This document shows, in pieces, positions 28,043-38,011 of a DNA stretch of 64,000 nt. Each line of letters begins with the position of its first letter. The stretch's first letter is position 1. A program made the translations under genes and the position numbers. Under the pieces are notes generated by a model. The model did not search any database and was not told the origin of the DNA. It saw nothing but the letters and a program-made list of their open reading frames with translations. Where the stretch lies: positions 9,421-73,420 of the IMG/VR virus record IMGVR_UViG_3300025120_014381, one strand, 5' to 3'. The stretch is from a virus.

Positions 28043-31000
28043 GAGGTCTTACTTTTGCTACACTTGTTGATGCACCCCAGTTTGGATCATTAGAAGCTTG
28101 CACTAACCAGATTGAATATGGCACCATGGATGACGGTTTATTACCCCACATTCTTAACCAACCTGTGTTATTTTCATAATCAGTAATCTTGAGTCGATAA
28201 AACGTCTTCTTATTCTTAGTTGTCTTTTTAATCATTTCAACGATACAACACCAAGCAATACCTTTTTCGCCCGGCTCCATATTTAATACAGACTTAACGT
28301 TAGCACTTTTAATCTTTTCCATCATATCATCAGGGAATGCTAAATCATCACGAGTTGCTGAACACAAGTCCTGATACATTGTCAGTTTGTCAATTCGACC
28401 CCAGTCCTCAATGTCTTTAGTTTGTTCGATCAAGATAGGCAACATTTCAGGAGCATTTTCTTTCTTTGCCTTGCGCATTGTCATACCCCACTTGCTTTTC
28501 TTTAATGCGTTGTAATTCTCAATGATAATATTATAAAGCTGATTGTGATTATCAATAGTGCCGTCCCACATCTCTTGTAGTCCGTTAAATGCTTCGACTT
28601 TGCATAGTGAAGCAAATCCTGTTTTATTGAGTTTAGAATGGCGCCATTTACCTGTTTCATCAAATAATATATCAGCAACTGATTCATATGGTCTATTTTG
28701 CATGATTTCAACAACAGCAGTTTTACCTACACCCTTAATGGAAGTTAAAGGAGGAATAAATGCTTTTTTATTGTCTGACCATTGCCAATACGTACCTGAT
28801 TCATTTACATCCGGTAATTCAATACGATAACCCATTTCTTTAATTTCAGCAATTGCTTTTGATAATGCATTTGGGTTATTGTTTTCAGATTCAAGAATCG
28901 TCCCCAACCAATCAGTTTCATAGTATGTGTGAAGCCAAGCAGCGTAATAAGAGCCAATGGCGTAAGCAACAGCATGTGATTTATTAAAGCCATACACAGA
29001 GAAGAATTCAATACGTTCCCACAGCTCTTGTGAGATATGCTCAGGTACTCCATTGATTTCTTTTGCACCGTTGACAAATCTTGAGCGCGCTTCTTCACGC
29101 TCACCACCTTTATTACCCATGGTATCAAGCGACTTCTTAACTAATGTTTTGCGGAGTTTATCTGACTCAGCAGGTGTAAAGCCACCAAGTTTCTGTGCAA
29201 GAAGCATAAATTGTTCTTGGAAAGTTACGTGACCAAATGTGGGGCCGAGTATTTCTTTAATAATAGGATGTGCATAATGTATTTCATCAGAGCGAAGCTT
29301 GTCTTTAACATACTTCTTATGAACATTGGCGCGTAGAGGACCAGGTCGATATATCGCGGTCAATGCTGCGAGTTCGATAATTGTTGTTGGTTTAGCATCC
29401 TCACAGAATCGACGCGCGCCTTCAGCAGTGAATTGGAATACACCGGTCTTGCGACGTTGATGATAAACATGTTTCCAAACTGTATCATCATCTTGCTCGA
29501 CATAGCGACAATTAAGGTGCTTGTCAAACCAATCACGTATTTCGAGAAAGGTAGGTTCAGTGCCCGTTTCACGAGTGATAATGCGCTTGATACAGTTTTC
29601 TACGTCTTTAAGGAGTGTTAGCCCAAGAAAGTCAAACTTAATAAAACCGTTATCCTCAAGATTACGAAAGTTCATCCCTTCAGTCCAAGGGGTTTGCAGT
29701 TCACCACGTACACCAATAATGGGCATTGATTGTTCTAGTGCTTCAGGAGGGCCAATAATAACACCACCCGCATGGCGACCAATAGATCTATTTTGCATAA
29801 AGAGTGCTTCGATATGATCCTTCACTTTTGGATACTTTTCCATAAACTCGCGATAACCTTTTGAATAATTCATACAGTCTTCATGTTTGAGAACAAATAC
29901 AGACTTCTCGGTATTTTCATCACGAGCCTGGGACATTACATCGTCTTGCAGTGGACCAGTCATTTTGTTTACTTCAGCAAAATCAACTTCATAGAACTTA
30001 GCAATATCCTTTACTAGTGACTTTAACTTAAGTGTGTTAAAGTTGGATACTGGGATTACAGCCTGATCACCGTATAGTTCACGTGCTGCATCAATCAAGG
30101 CATCACGATTACCAGCATCAGAATCAATGTCCGGCCAAGACGTACGATGGCGCCCAAGAAATCGTTCCCATAGCAAGTCGTATTTAAGTGGGTCGACTTG
30201 GGTGATACCTAACAAGTAGTTTACAAGTGAACCGCCACCAGAACCGCGTGCAGGACCAAACAGTGTATGATCTGCTGCTTTGTGAAACACTTCATACATT
30301 ACTAGGAAGTAGTTTTCGAACCCGAGGTATTTAATGTCATCGAGTTCGTGCTTCGCCCGGGCAACGTATTCGGTATTGGTATGAAGTCCTTCTTTAATGA
30401 GCGCTGCTTTGACCTTTTTTGCAAGTTGTTGAAAAGCAGTTTCGTTAGGCTTATTGAAATCGGGAAGCTTAACGCTAGTATCAATCCAACAATCTTCACA
30501 CTTTTCCCACGCAATGTCATGGGTGATTTCAATTGATCGTTTAATCTTTTCTTCATAGCCCTGGTAAGTATCTTTGTACTCGTCATAATGACGCGTAAAT
30601 TCATTCCACATCTGACTAGCGTTTTTCGGGTATAATTCACACTTTAAGTCTTCAAACTCTGGTAGTGGAGAGGGATCGTTACCCATCCAACCTAGTTTTT
30701 TGTAAAGCTCGCGAGCTTCCCACTTATCCGGTGAATAGTAATGAGAATCAGGTGTAGCAATTAACTGCAATCCTGTTGCATCTGAATGCCGAAGTAGATG
30801 GTGATTTACTAAATGTTGTTGCTTAAGACGATTAAACTGTATTTCTAGATAGAAATTATCTTCACCAACTGCATCAACAAATCGATCAGATAAATACATT
30901 AACTCCTGCTGGATTTTTTCATCACCTAGTTTTAGTGCATTACCACGCATAATTCTATTTGAAAAGATACCGCCTAGACAAGCAGTTGAAACAGTTAAAC

Positions 31001-31547
31001 CCTTTCCGTACTTTTTAAGTAGATCAAAGTCAATGCGCGGATATCTATAAAAGCCGTCTGTGTAGGCACGTTTAATTAGAGTAAATAAGTTACCTAAACC
31101 TTCACGGTTCTGTGCTGTTACTACCAGATGATAACGTCGTTTCCATTCGTCCTTACCCAAGTCAAACGATTTTGTTTCTTCTTCGTTTTCGATAATATGA
31201 CCGCCTTCTTCATCTTCTTTCAGGGCTTTAAGTTTTGCATTGGCACGATCGATCTTTGACTGTTCATAGTCTGATTTCCAGTCTTTAAGCGATGGGACAA
31301 AGTAAAACTCGCAACCGTATATTTGACGGAATTTCTTGCCTTGCTTTTTAACTTTTTGCGCATGTTTATAAGCGTGTGCTAGACCAGAACCGTTACCGTG
31401 ATCAGTTAATGCCCAAGCATCCATACCATTTTCTAGTACAAAGTCAATATGGTCGGATGGGTACCCTAGGCCGTCGAAAACAGAGAAACCTGTGTGTCCG
31501 TGAAAACCAACAAATCGATCGGGTGGGGTAATTAGCTTGATGTCCAT
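28029..31547 (-). CDS. dnaE: DNA polymerase III alpha subunit (family C)
   Basis: PHP motifs HGHTGFSVFDG, ALTDHG; GPARGSGGGSLVNY, PDIDSD, KFDFLGL, YGFNKSHAVAY; start placed at MDIKL after GGAG. Confidence 0.95.
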   Translation of the reverse strand: MDIKLITPPDRFVGFHGHTGFSVFDGLGYPSDHIDFVLENGMDAWALTDHGNGSGLAHAYKHAQKVKKQGKKFRQIYGCEFYFVPSLKDWKSDYEQSKIDRANAKLKALKEDEEGGHIIENEEETKSFDLGKDEWKRRYHLVVTAQNREGLGNLFTLIKRAYTDGFYRYPRIDFDLLKKYGKGLTVSTACLGGIFSNRIMRGNALKLGDEKIQQELMYLSDRFVDAVGEDNFYLEIQFNRLKQQHLVNHHLLRHSDATGLQLIATPDSHYYSPDKWEARELYKKLGWMGNDPSPLPEFEDLKCELYPKNASQMWNEFTRHYDEYKDTYQGYEEKIKRSIEITHDIAWEKCEDCWIDTSVKLPDFNKPNETAFQQLAKKVKAALIKEGLHTNTEYVARAKHELDDIKYLGFENYFLVMYEVFHKAADHTLFGPARGSGGGSLVNYLLGITQVDPLKYDLLWERFLGRHRTSWPDIDSDAGNRDALIDAARELYGDQAVIPVSNFNTLKLKSLVKDIAKFYEVDFAEVNKMTGPLQDDVMSQARDENTEKSVFVLKHEDCMNYSKGYREFMEKYPKVKDHIEALFMQNRSIGRHAGGVIIGPPEALEQSMPIIGVRGELQTPWTEGMNFRNLEDNGFIKFDFLGLTLLKDVENCIKRIITRETGTEPTFLEIRDWFDKHLNCRYVEQDDDTVWKHVYHQRRKTGVFQFTAEGARRFCEDAKPTTIIELAALTAIYRPGPLRANVHKKYVKDKLRSDEIHYAHPIIKEILGPTFGHVTFQEQFMLLAQKLGGFTPAESDKLRKTLVKKSLDTMGNKGGEREEARSRFVNGAKEINGVPEHISQELWERIEFFSVYGFNKSHAVAYAIGSYYAAWLHTYYETDWLGTILESENNNPNALSKAIAEIKEMGYRIELPDVNESGTYWQWSDNKKAFIPPLTSIKGVGKTAVVEIMQNRPYESVADILFDETGKWRHSKLNKTGFASLCKVEAFNGLQEMWDGTIDNHNQLYNIIIENYNALKKSKWGMTMRKAKKENAPEMLPILIEQTKDIEDWGRIDKLTMYQDLCSATRDDLAFPDDMMEKIKSANVKSVLNMEPGEKGIAWCCIVEMIKKTTKNKKTFYRLKITDYENNTGWLRMWGNKPSSMVPYSIWLVQASNDPNWGASTSVAKVRPLVTD

Positions 31548-31577
31548 GTAGAAAAACTCCTTGTTGTATTTTGTTTT

Positions 31578-31606
31578 ATTATACACTAAGGAGTTTAAGA
31601 TTACAC
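31578..31606 (-). promoter_or_regulatory. Promoter GTGTAA-N17-TATAAT upstream of dnaE
   Basis: -35 31601-31606, -10 31578-31583. Confidence 0.65.
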
Positions 31607-31616
31607 TTTTCAATAT

Positions 31617-32018
31617 TTATTCTTTGCAAGCATCACAAAGTGTGTATATCCAGCCTCGCTTTTTTTCATTAGGTGTTGAAGCATTCCCACATTGCGAACA
31701 GATTCGATAAGACATTGACTCTGCAAGATCAATAATCCCATCAATGAATTCGTCGCTTCCCTGGACATAGAAACGAAGGCCACCAAATTTCTCTTTCACT
31801 TGCGTCGCCTCGCATACAACATGCTCTTCCTCGGGTTTGTTACGATTAGCATTGTCCATTTGATTCTTGATATTGCCACACATTGTGTCTATTAACGAAT
31901 ACCATCCATCACCACATGCTATTCCGTAACACATTGCTGTTACAGTCCTGTCTAACTCTCGCTGTCTGAATATTACTGGATAATCATTAAATAGCTTTTC
32001 TTGTAATTCTTTCTTCAT
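31617..32018 (-). CDS. Conserved phage protein with C-terminal Zn finger
   Basis: CGDGW, QVKEKFGGLRFY, CSQCG...TLCDAC. Confidence 0.65.
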   Translation of the reverse strand: MKKELQEKLFNDYPVIFRQRELDRTVTAMCYGIACGDGWYSLIDTMCGNIKNQMDNANRNKPEEEHVVCEATQVKEKFGGLRFYVQGSDEFIDGIIDLAESMSYRICSQCGNASTPNEKKRGWIYTLCDACKE

Positions 32019-32205
32019 TGTTGCCTCTTTGTATTAATTTAACGCCGCCCTTATTACCATCATGAACAATTGATATTATTTTAGAGCGTGACAATATTCT
32101 AAGTTCCGTGTAATGAAATCTAACAACTGACTCTAAAACAATTCCATAAACAATTTGTCCCTTATAAGTAATTGTTTCAATCAAGTCACCTGAATAGAAT
32201 TCCAT
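31987..32205 (-). CDS. Hypothetical small protein
   Basis: FYSGDLI...YGIVL pattern. Confidence 0.45.
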   Translation of the reverse strand: MEFYSGDLIETITYKGQIVYGIVLESVVRFHYTELRILSRSKIISIVHDGNKGGVKLIQRGNNEERITRKAI

Positions 32206-32207
32206 TG

Positions 32208-33197
32208 TTAAAAATATTCAGTTAAGTCAATATTTCTCGCTTCTGCTTCTTCTAGATATCTTAATGGGTTGTAACCTTCAGACTTTAAAATACTTTCGAA
32301 AGACATTTTTATTCCTTGCGATAAACTTATTTTTGGTTCCCACCCAGTTATCCTCCTAGCTTTTTGTGATGACAAGATATGATTACCCATATATTCTGTT
32401 TGTGGCAGCCATTCGATTGTATCTGCGAAACTCTGGCCACACACTTCATCCATTAGCTGAATGATTTCACCGGTGACTAATGGCGTTTCAGCTGCGATAT
32501 TATAATCGTCATTCCAATATTCTTTTTTGCTCATACAAGTAAAGACACCATCACAATAATCATTGACGTGTAAGTAGTCTTTAATCTTTGTTGGGTCAAG
32601 GAACATTTTGACTTTAGGAATTCCATTAAGCTTGGCGTATATCGTTTTAGCAATCAAAGAGTTCATGTCACCCTCACCACCATATGCAAAGAGTGGTCTT
32701 ACGATCATCCATGCGTCACTGTGTGACTTAACGATTTCTTCTGCAGATAATTTCTGACAGCCGTAAAAAGTGCTCGGTCCTCGATCTGAATCCTCAACGA
32801 TAGCTGTTTCTTGATATTTGGGAGTATCATAAATAACTGTAGTACCCATATAACAGACAGGAATTCCGCACTTCTTTGCAGCACGACAGATATTAAAAGT
32901 ACCCTGGACGTTAGTAAGTGTTGATTCTTTTGCATTTAGCGCGACGACATCAGTACCTACAACTGCTGCGTTATGGATGACATAGTCAATATCGTTGACT
33001 TTAAAGAATGCTATCCACGCTTCTTCTGAATTACGATGAACACAAGGCTCACCTTTTTCCGTCGTAAACTGTGCCACAAATGCGGCATCTTCGTTTAAAT
33101 CGTGCACGCCCGATACAAAATGAAAACCGTGTTTTTTTGCGCGATTGGCTAAATTAGTACCTATAAAACCTTTTTCTCCAGTTATAAAAACATTCAT
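32208..33197 (-). CDS. Divergent NAD-dependent NDP-sugar epimerase/dehydratase
   Basis: FITGEKGFIG, HNAAVVG, FYGCQK, VRPLFAYG, KDYLHVND. Confidence 0.85.
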   Translation of the reverse strand: MNVFITGEKGFIGTNLANRAKKHGFHFVSGVHDLNEDAAFVAQFTTEKGEPCVHRNSEEAWIAFFKVNDIDYVIHNAAVVGTDVVALNAKESTLTNVQGTFNICRAAKKCGIPVCYMGTTVIYDTPKYQETAIVEDSDRGPSTFYGCQKLSAEEIVKSHSDAWMIVRPLFAYGGEGDMNSLIAKTIYAKLNGIPKVKMFLDPTKIKDYLHVNDYCDGVFTCMSKKEYWNDDYNIAAETPLVTGEIIQLMDEVCGQSFADTIEWLPQTEYMGNHILSSQKARRITGWEPKISLSQGIKMSFESILKSEGYNPLRYLEEAEARNIDLTEYF

Positions 33198-33275
33198 TAA
33201 TACACACTCCTATTTTTTAAATTTATCAATTGCGTTTAATATATATTATATAAAAGGTAGCGAGGAATTTACAGT

Positions 33276-36125
33276 ATGAATAAAAAAAGTTTAAGTCGCG
33301 GCGATCTAAGAAAAATTTTAATCGAAGCATTGGAAGTTTATTCAGAAGAAAAAAACCCAGGATTTGAAAGAAATAGTCGACATCGGGAAGCAATATCACT
33401 ACTCAAAACAAGAAAGAAGAATGTGACTGATGTCTATTTTCTAGATGCAATTAAGAAAGAAGGGATAAAAACTTCTATTAATCTAGATAACTATTTTTTC
33501 TGGAGTCAGAATCGTTCATTTTGGAGCTCATTGTCTAGCTTTGACGAATTAAAAATTGGTGAGTCTGGTATTAATTTAGGTATCAGCAAAAGCACAGATC
33601 CTTATATGTATCAAAAAATTGGTGCAAATAAATACAGAGTAGTTGCAGGACCGAAACCTGAACAAATGGGTTTTGAATTTACAAAAATGCCAAAATCAGA
33701 CCCTTCACCGAGCAAAAATATACAGAAAAAAGACGTGCCAAAAGAAGATTTGATCAAACATGAGTATACAATAGGAAATACAGGTGTTGCAAATGCCGTG
33801 AAAGGTACTAAAATGATCAAAAGGGTAAAAGGAGACATTTCAAGAAAAATAGTCATGACCTATTTAATGCCCGATTCTTTAAAAGCGATGGAAATTCAGT
33901 CTAGAGTGCCACCAAAACCATTTAAAAAAGTTGATGATAAAAAAGAAATTGGTGAAGTTGTTAAAGAATTTGAGAGGCTTACCGGCAATAAAATACCTTT
34001 TGACATAGGCGCTGGTAAAGAAAAGATTGTATCTAAATTATCAGGTAAGAAGTTACCTCCAAGCGAATTCATAAACACTTTTGGTCCAATAATTAAAAAT
34101 TCGGTGGGGACGTCAGGCGTTTTTCCTTCTGTGACATTAGCTCAAGCAATCTTAGAAACAGGGTGGGGAAGATCAACTGTGGGTGATGCAAATAATATGT
34201 TTGGCATCAAAGCAAAAGGCAAAAAAACACAGTATTGGCAAGGTGATTCAACAGTCAGTAAAACAACTGAATATATTAAAGGTAAAAAAGGCAGCTATAA
34301 CCTAGGCTTTCGAAAATACAGATCAATTGAAGACAGTATCAAAGACCATAATTTGCTTTTACAAAAATCTCGCTATAAAAAAGCGATTAATGCTGTTACA
34401 CCTGAAGAACAAGTAAAAGAAATTAAAGCAGCAGGTTACGCAACTGATCCTAAATATGCTGAAAAGTTAATAAGCCTTATTAACAAATACGATTTAAAAC
34501 AATTTGATAGTGAAGTTGCAGCATTGAAGGCATCACAAAAAAGTGACGCGTCAAGATTAGCAGAAAACAAAAATAGGAGAAAAGGCGAAATGATTATGAC
34601 AGAAGAAAAAATAAGGTTAATGGTTAGAAATTTACTTCTTAATGAAATCTCAGGACAGGACAAAGAACATGTAAAATTTGTTCAACGAGTAATTGGCACA
34701 AAAGATGATGGTGACTGGGGTGACAATACTAATGATGCGTGGATACGTTGGGTTGAAGAACATGTAGATGTCCTCGAGAAGATGGCTGAAGATGCATCGT
34801 TAACAAAAAAGAATATTTTAGATATTAAAGCTGACGCTGCGGAAATTGCAGCCGTGATACTTGGCGAGAAATCAAAAGAAAATTTAGCAGGTGTTAAAGA
34901 ACTTGTGAAAAAGTACTTGGATATTGTAAACACAGTAAAGTCAAAATTCAATACTGGCGATAAATATGAGTTTGTCCGGGGGCCAATAAACGGCTTGTAC
35001 CGAGGTGGTTTACAAGGTATGAAAAACAATTATATAAAATTTTATTACAATGATATCGCGATTGCATTCGATATTAAAACTGGTGAAATAAAGCAAAGAA
35101 AACGCGGGGAACAAAAACCTTTTGGGTTTGGACAAGGCAAAAAATTAAAAGAACATGTCCAAACAAATGTATTGAAAGAAAACTTTATTAACCCAGCTAA
35201 AATATACATGGATCTAAAAGCAGGGGACAAAATTGCTAATAATTCTGTGTACAACGCTATTGTCGTCGATGTCGGGCCCATTCAGTTCGAGGATGCTTTA
35301 GATGATGGTTTGGAAAATTATAAAAAAAATCAATCAAAAGAAAAAGGCCAGCTTGTTGGAGAAGTCGAAGTTGTGGGCGAAGATATCGTTTACAACAATT
35401 TAGTATTTCGATCTGTGCCTAGTCCAAAAATTGTAGCGAAGGCTAAACAGTTGTACAATAGTTTTCGCGCAGCGCCTAAAGATCAAGAGTCCCTAAATAA
35501 ATGGAGAGAAGAGAACATTTACGGTGCTTACGATAAAAAATATTTAAAAAGTACTTATACTAATAGAGGTAAAATAAGTGGTTTTGCATCAACTGAGCAG
35601 AGTGCATGGAGCTCTTGGTTTTTAAATATATGTGCGCTAGAAGATCCTGTTTTTAGTTCACAGATTAATAGTGGAAAACTTTGGGTTGGTTATCCTATTA
35701 ATTCTGCTACAAATTCTGACAAATTAGGTCTTTTTGATTTGCAGAAGAAAGTCATGGAAAACCCAAATGAATATAAAGGTAAAACTGTCTGGATACCTTT
35801 TGATATTAGTATCGGTGTTCCTGTCGTTCCTGGAGATATGATATCTACTCCTAGAAGCGGAGGAAATCACATGAGAATTTTTGTTGATTCGAATGGAACA
35901 GTAATGGGAGGAAATGAAGGATATCACCCAAAATATAAAGGTCCAAAAGGAAAAAGGGTAAAAGTTGAAGGATCACCCGAGGGAGGTGGCATGGGTAAAG
36001 GATCAGTAAAATTAAATGACCTAGGTACACCGGTGCCAGGACAATCGTATGCACGAGGACATACCTACAAACACATATTAAAAAAAGTTTATATAGTCGG
36101 GGCTAAAGACAGAAACTTTTCATAA
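33276..36125 (+). CDS. Multidomain virion protein with GH73 glucosaminidase (FlgJ-like), PG-binding-like domain and C-terminal CHAP-like region
   Basis: SVTLAQAILETGWG, NNMFGIKA, FRKY.S...S, AAGYATDPKYAEKL; QRVIGTKDDGDWG; AWSSWF...PGDM...GNH...GGNE. Confidence 0.75.
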   Translation: MNKKSLSRGDLRKILIEALEVYSEEKNPGFERNSRHREAISLLKTRKKNVTDVYFLDAIKKEGIKTSINLDNYFFWSQNRSFWSSLSSFDELKIGESGINLGISKSTDPYMYQKIGANKYRVVAGPKPEQMGFEFTKMPKSDPSPSKNIQKKDVPKEDLIKHEYTIGNTGVANAVKGTKMIKRVKGDISRKIVMTYLMPDSLKAMEIQSRVPPKPFKKVDDKKEIGEVVKEFERLTGNKIPFDIGAGKEKIVSKLSGKKLPPSEFINTFGPIIKNSVGTSGVFPSVTLAQAILETGWGRSTVGDANNMFGIKAKGKKTQYWQGDSTVSKTTEYIKGKKGSYNLGFRKYRSIEDSIKDHNLLLQKSRYKKAINAVTPEEQVKEIKAAGYATDPKYAEKLISLINKYDLKQFDSEVAALKASQKSDASRLAENKNRRKGEMIMTEEKIRLMVRNLLLNEISGQDKEHVKFVQRVIGTKDDGDWGDNTNDAWIRWVEEHVDVLEKMAEDASLTKKNILDIKADAAEIAAVILGEKSKENLAGVKELVKKYLDIVNTVKSKFNTGDKYEFVRGPINGLYRGGLQGMKNNYIKFYYNDIAIAFDIKTGEIKQRKRGEQKPFGFGQGKKLKEHVQTNVLKENFINPAKIYMDLKAGDKIANNSVYNAIVVDVGPIQFEDALDDGLENYKKNQSKEKGQLVGEVEVVGEDIVYNNLVFRSVPSPKIVAKAKQLYNSFRAAPKDQESLNKWREENIYGAYDKKYLKSTYTNRGKISGFASTEQSAWSSWFLNICALEDPVFSSQINSGKLWVGYPINSATNSDKLGLFDLQKKVMENPNEYKGKTVWIPFDISIGVPVVPGDMISTPRSGGNHMRIFVDSNGTVMGGNEGYHPKYKGPKGKRVKVEGSPEGGGMGKGSVKLNDLGTPVPGQSYARGHTYKHILKKVYIVGAKDRNFS

Positions 36126-36151
36126 AAAAACCCTACTGAGCGTAGGGTTTT
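36124..36151. terminator. Bidirectional intrinsic terminator between convergent genes
   Basis: AAAACCCTAC-TGAGC-GTAGGGTTTT. Confidence 0.75.
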
Positions 36152-36176
36152 AGGGTTTATAAGATTATAGTCAATA

Positions 36177-36626
36177 CTATTCTATTTCACCTTGATATCG
36201 CATTTCAACTAGTTGACTAGAACCTACACAATCACTCAGGTAGTTGTCTAACTGTTTTAGCGATGTGCAGACTGCTTCACCACTTGCTGCTAGCATGAGA
36301 TTAAATTGTGCACCTGGTGGAAGACCATCACAGAAATATACAATAGGTTTTTCCAAACAATTCATATAACCTGCCTCAAAAATACTTCCCATATCTTTAT
36401 TGCGTGTATTGCACAACATCCAGTCACATTCGTGCAAGTGTTGAATGTTTCCTTTAAAGATCTGGTCTTGCATTGATTCTTCAGCATCATTATCACAAAG
36501 ATTTTCATCCTTAGGTGAAAAATAAGAAATACCATGCTTTTCAAAAACTGCCTTAATATTTTCTACTTCTTCCATCCATTCTGGTGAAAACCAACCACTA
36601 GCTAAATAAACTTTTCCTAAACTCAT
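36177..36626 (-). CDS. Nucleoside 2-deoxyribosyltransferase / nucleotide N-hydrolase family protein
   Basis: VYLASGWFS, YFSP, DMGSIFEAGY, FNLML. Confidence 0.85.
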   Translation of the reverse strand: MSLGKVYLASGWFSPEWMEEVENIKAVFEKHGISYFSPKDENLCDNDAEESMQDQIFKGNIQHLHECDWMLCNTRNKDMGSIFEAGYMNCLEKPIVYFCDGLPPGAQFNLMLAASGEAVCTSLKQLDNYLSDCVGSSQLVEMRYQGEIE

Positions 36627-36627
36627 A

Positions 36628-37614
36628 TTATTTTCTCCCCATAAATTGATTATATTGATATTTTAATTGTGCAATATCTTCGTATGTTTCGTCCCAAAGT
36701 TGTTCAAATATTGTTGGTGCGTCTGGTGGGTGTGTACCATTAATATCCTCACGTCGAGACTGGTAAATTGTATCGTTAGGATGATACTCAAACTTATCAT
36801 TCTTAGGTTCTGGCCAGTACAGATTTGTACCTCGTGATGTTTCGCCACCTTTACCATCAGGCACACGGAATGTTTTAATATAATGCATATCTGGCTTGTT
36901 AAAGTCAATTCTTGCAGATGCTTCTGGCAACACCTTTAAAACTTCTCGCGCCATATAAGCTGCAAGAAGATTATCAGCTGCAGGTTGAATTTGCATATCT
37001 TGGCGTTGCGCGATGAAACCTAGTAAATCTTTAAGATTAAGACGCATTAGATAGAATGATGTCATTGCTTTTGGAAGAATCATTCTAGCATCCATCATAG
37101 ACACTACTTTTGAATCTGTCATATCTGAATAAAGCTGTTTTGACTCTCGTACGATCTTTTTATATCTCGCCAAAAATTCAGGTGAATTCTGGACGGCTTC
37201 TGGAATTACTGCCGGATCATCTCGTAAGTCACGATCGCCTGTGCATTGTGCAGCAAAAGAACCTGCTCGGTGCCTAATGATATGCGTCACTTCTTGAAAT
37301 GATAAACCGGAAAGCTTAAAGGTAAAGCCTAAACATTCCATTGGTGTTGGAAGCGCACGAAAACAGAGGACGTCCTCAAGATTTGCAGATAACTCTTTCA
37401 GTGATGCTGTTGCTGGGTTTGTTTCGTCATGATGATCTGCCCATGTTGCCTTCACATATTGCCAAGCGACGTTCAAGGCTTGTGAACGTGTTGGTGCGTC
37501 GATCAATTCAACTTTTAAATGAGCTAAGTTGTTAAAGAATTCTGTTCTTGGTTCTTGACCGAACTTTAATTCCATTGGTAAATCGACAGGTTTTAAATCT
37601 AAATTTTGTGGCAT
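36628..37614 (-). CDS. thyX: Divergent flavin-dependent thymidylate synthase (ThyX family)
   Basis: PMECLGFTF, HIIRHRAGSFAAQC, DARMILP, NLKDL...QR. Confidence 0.75.
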   Translation of the reverse strand: MPQNLDLKPVDLPMELKFGQEPRTEFFNNLAHLKVELIDAPTRSQALNVAWQYVKATWADHHDETNPATASLKELSANLEDVLCFRALPTPMECLGFTFKLSGLSFQEVTHIIRHRAGSFAAQCTGDRDLRDDPAVIPEAVQNSPEFLARYKKIVRESKQLYSDMTDSKVVSMMDARMILPKAMTSFYLMRLNLKDLLGFIAQRQDMQIQPAADNLLAAYMAREVLKVLPEASARIDFNKPDMHYIKTFRVPDGKGGETSRGTNLYWPEPKNDKFEYHPNDTIYQSRREDINGTHPPDAPTIFEQLWDETYEDIAQLKYQYNQFMGRK

Positions 37615-37650
37615 AGAATCTCCTTTTGAGTTTTAAATTTGTATATAATG

Positions 37651-37689
37651 ATTATAGACAAAAAAAAGCACTATTACAAAATAGTGCTT
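37651..37689 (-). promoter_or_regulatory. Terminator hairpin overlapped by promoter TTGTAA-N17-TATAAT
   Basis: AAGCACTATT-TTGT-AATAGTGCTT-T-tract; -35 37674-37679, -10 37651-37656. Confidence 0.65.
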
Positions 37690-37730
37690 AAAAAGTTTAC
37701 TAAACTAATTAATTTTATTGATCAGGAAAA

Positions 37731-37958
37731 CTATTTAATTAAGTTAACTGATGATGCCATTTCAGGATTAAAGTCTCTTCGAAGTTCGATAAGTGGGTTA
37801 AAGCGAATATTCCCGCGCTCTATAATCAAAGATCCCTGGGGCTTGACTAATGAACCTTCGACGTCTAGTGCTTCAAAGTCTATCTCAGTTCTTTTATTGT
37901 AAGTAATATCTTTTTCTTGAGCTTCTGCAGTAAAAATTGAAATGAGTAATAAAAACAT
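37731..37958 (-). CDS. cglF: CglF/GltF-like adventurous gliding motility protein homologue (secreted)
   Basis: Signal peptide then YNKRTEIDFEALDVEGSLVKPQGSLI...FNPLIELRRDFNPEMASSV, matching the recalled family pattern KKT.IDF....VEGEL.KPEG...F..LI..R..F.PE...S. Confidence 0.7.
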   Translation of the reverse strand: MFLLLISIFTAEAQEKDITYNKRTEIDFEALDVEGSLVKPQGSLIIERGNIRFNPLIELRRDFNPEMASSVNLIK

Positions 37959-38011
37959 GGTTTTTCCTTTGTTGGGTTGTATTGTTGTATATTAATATTA
38001 TATATGGTTAA

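Noticed and set aside
37639-37902. 87-aa plus-strand ORF over the thyX promoter and cglF-like gene
   Set aside because: Overlaps a terminator/promoter and the better-supported minus-strand cglF-like ORF.
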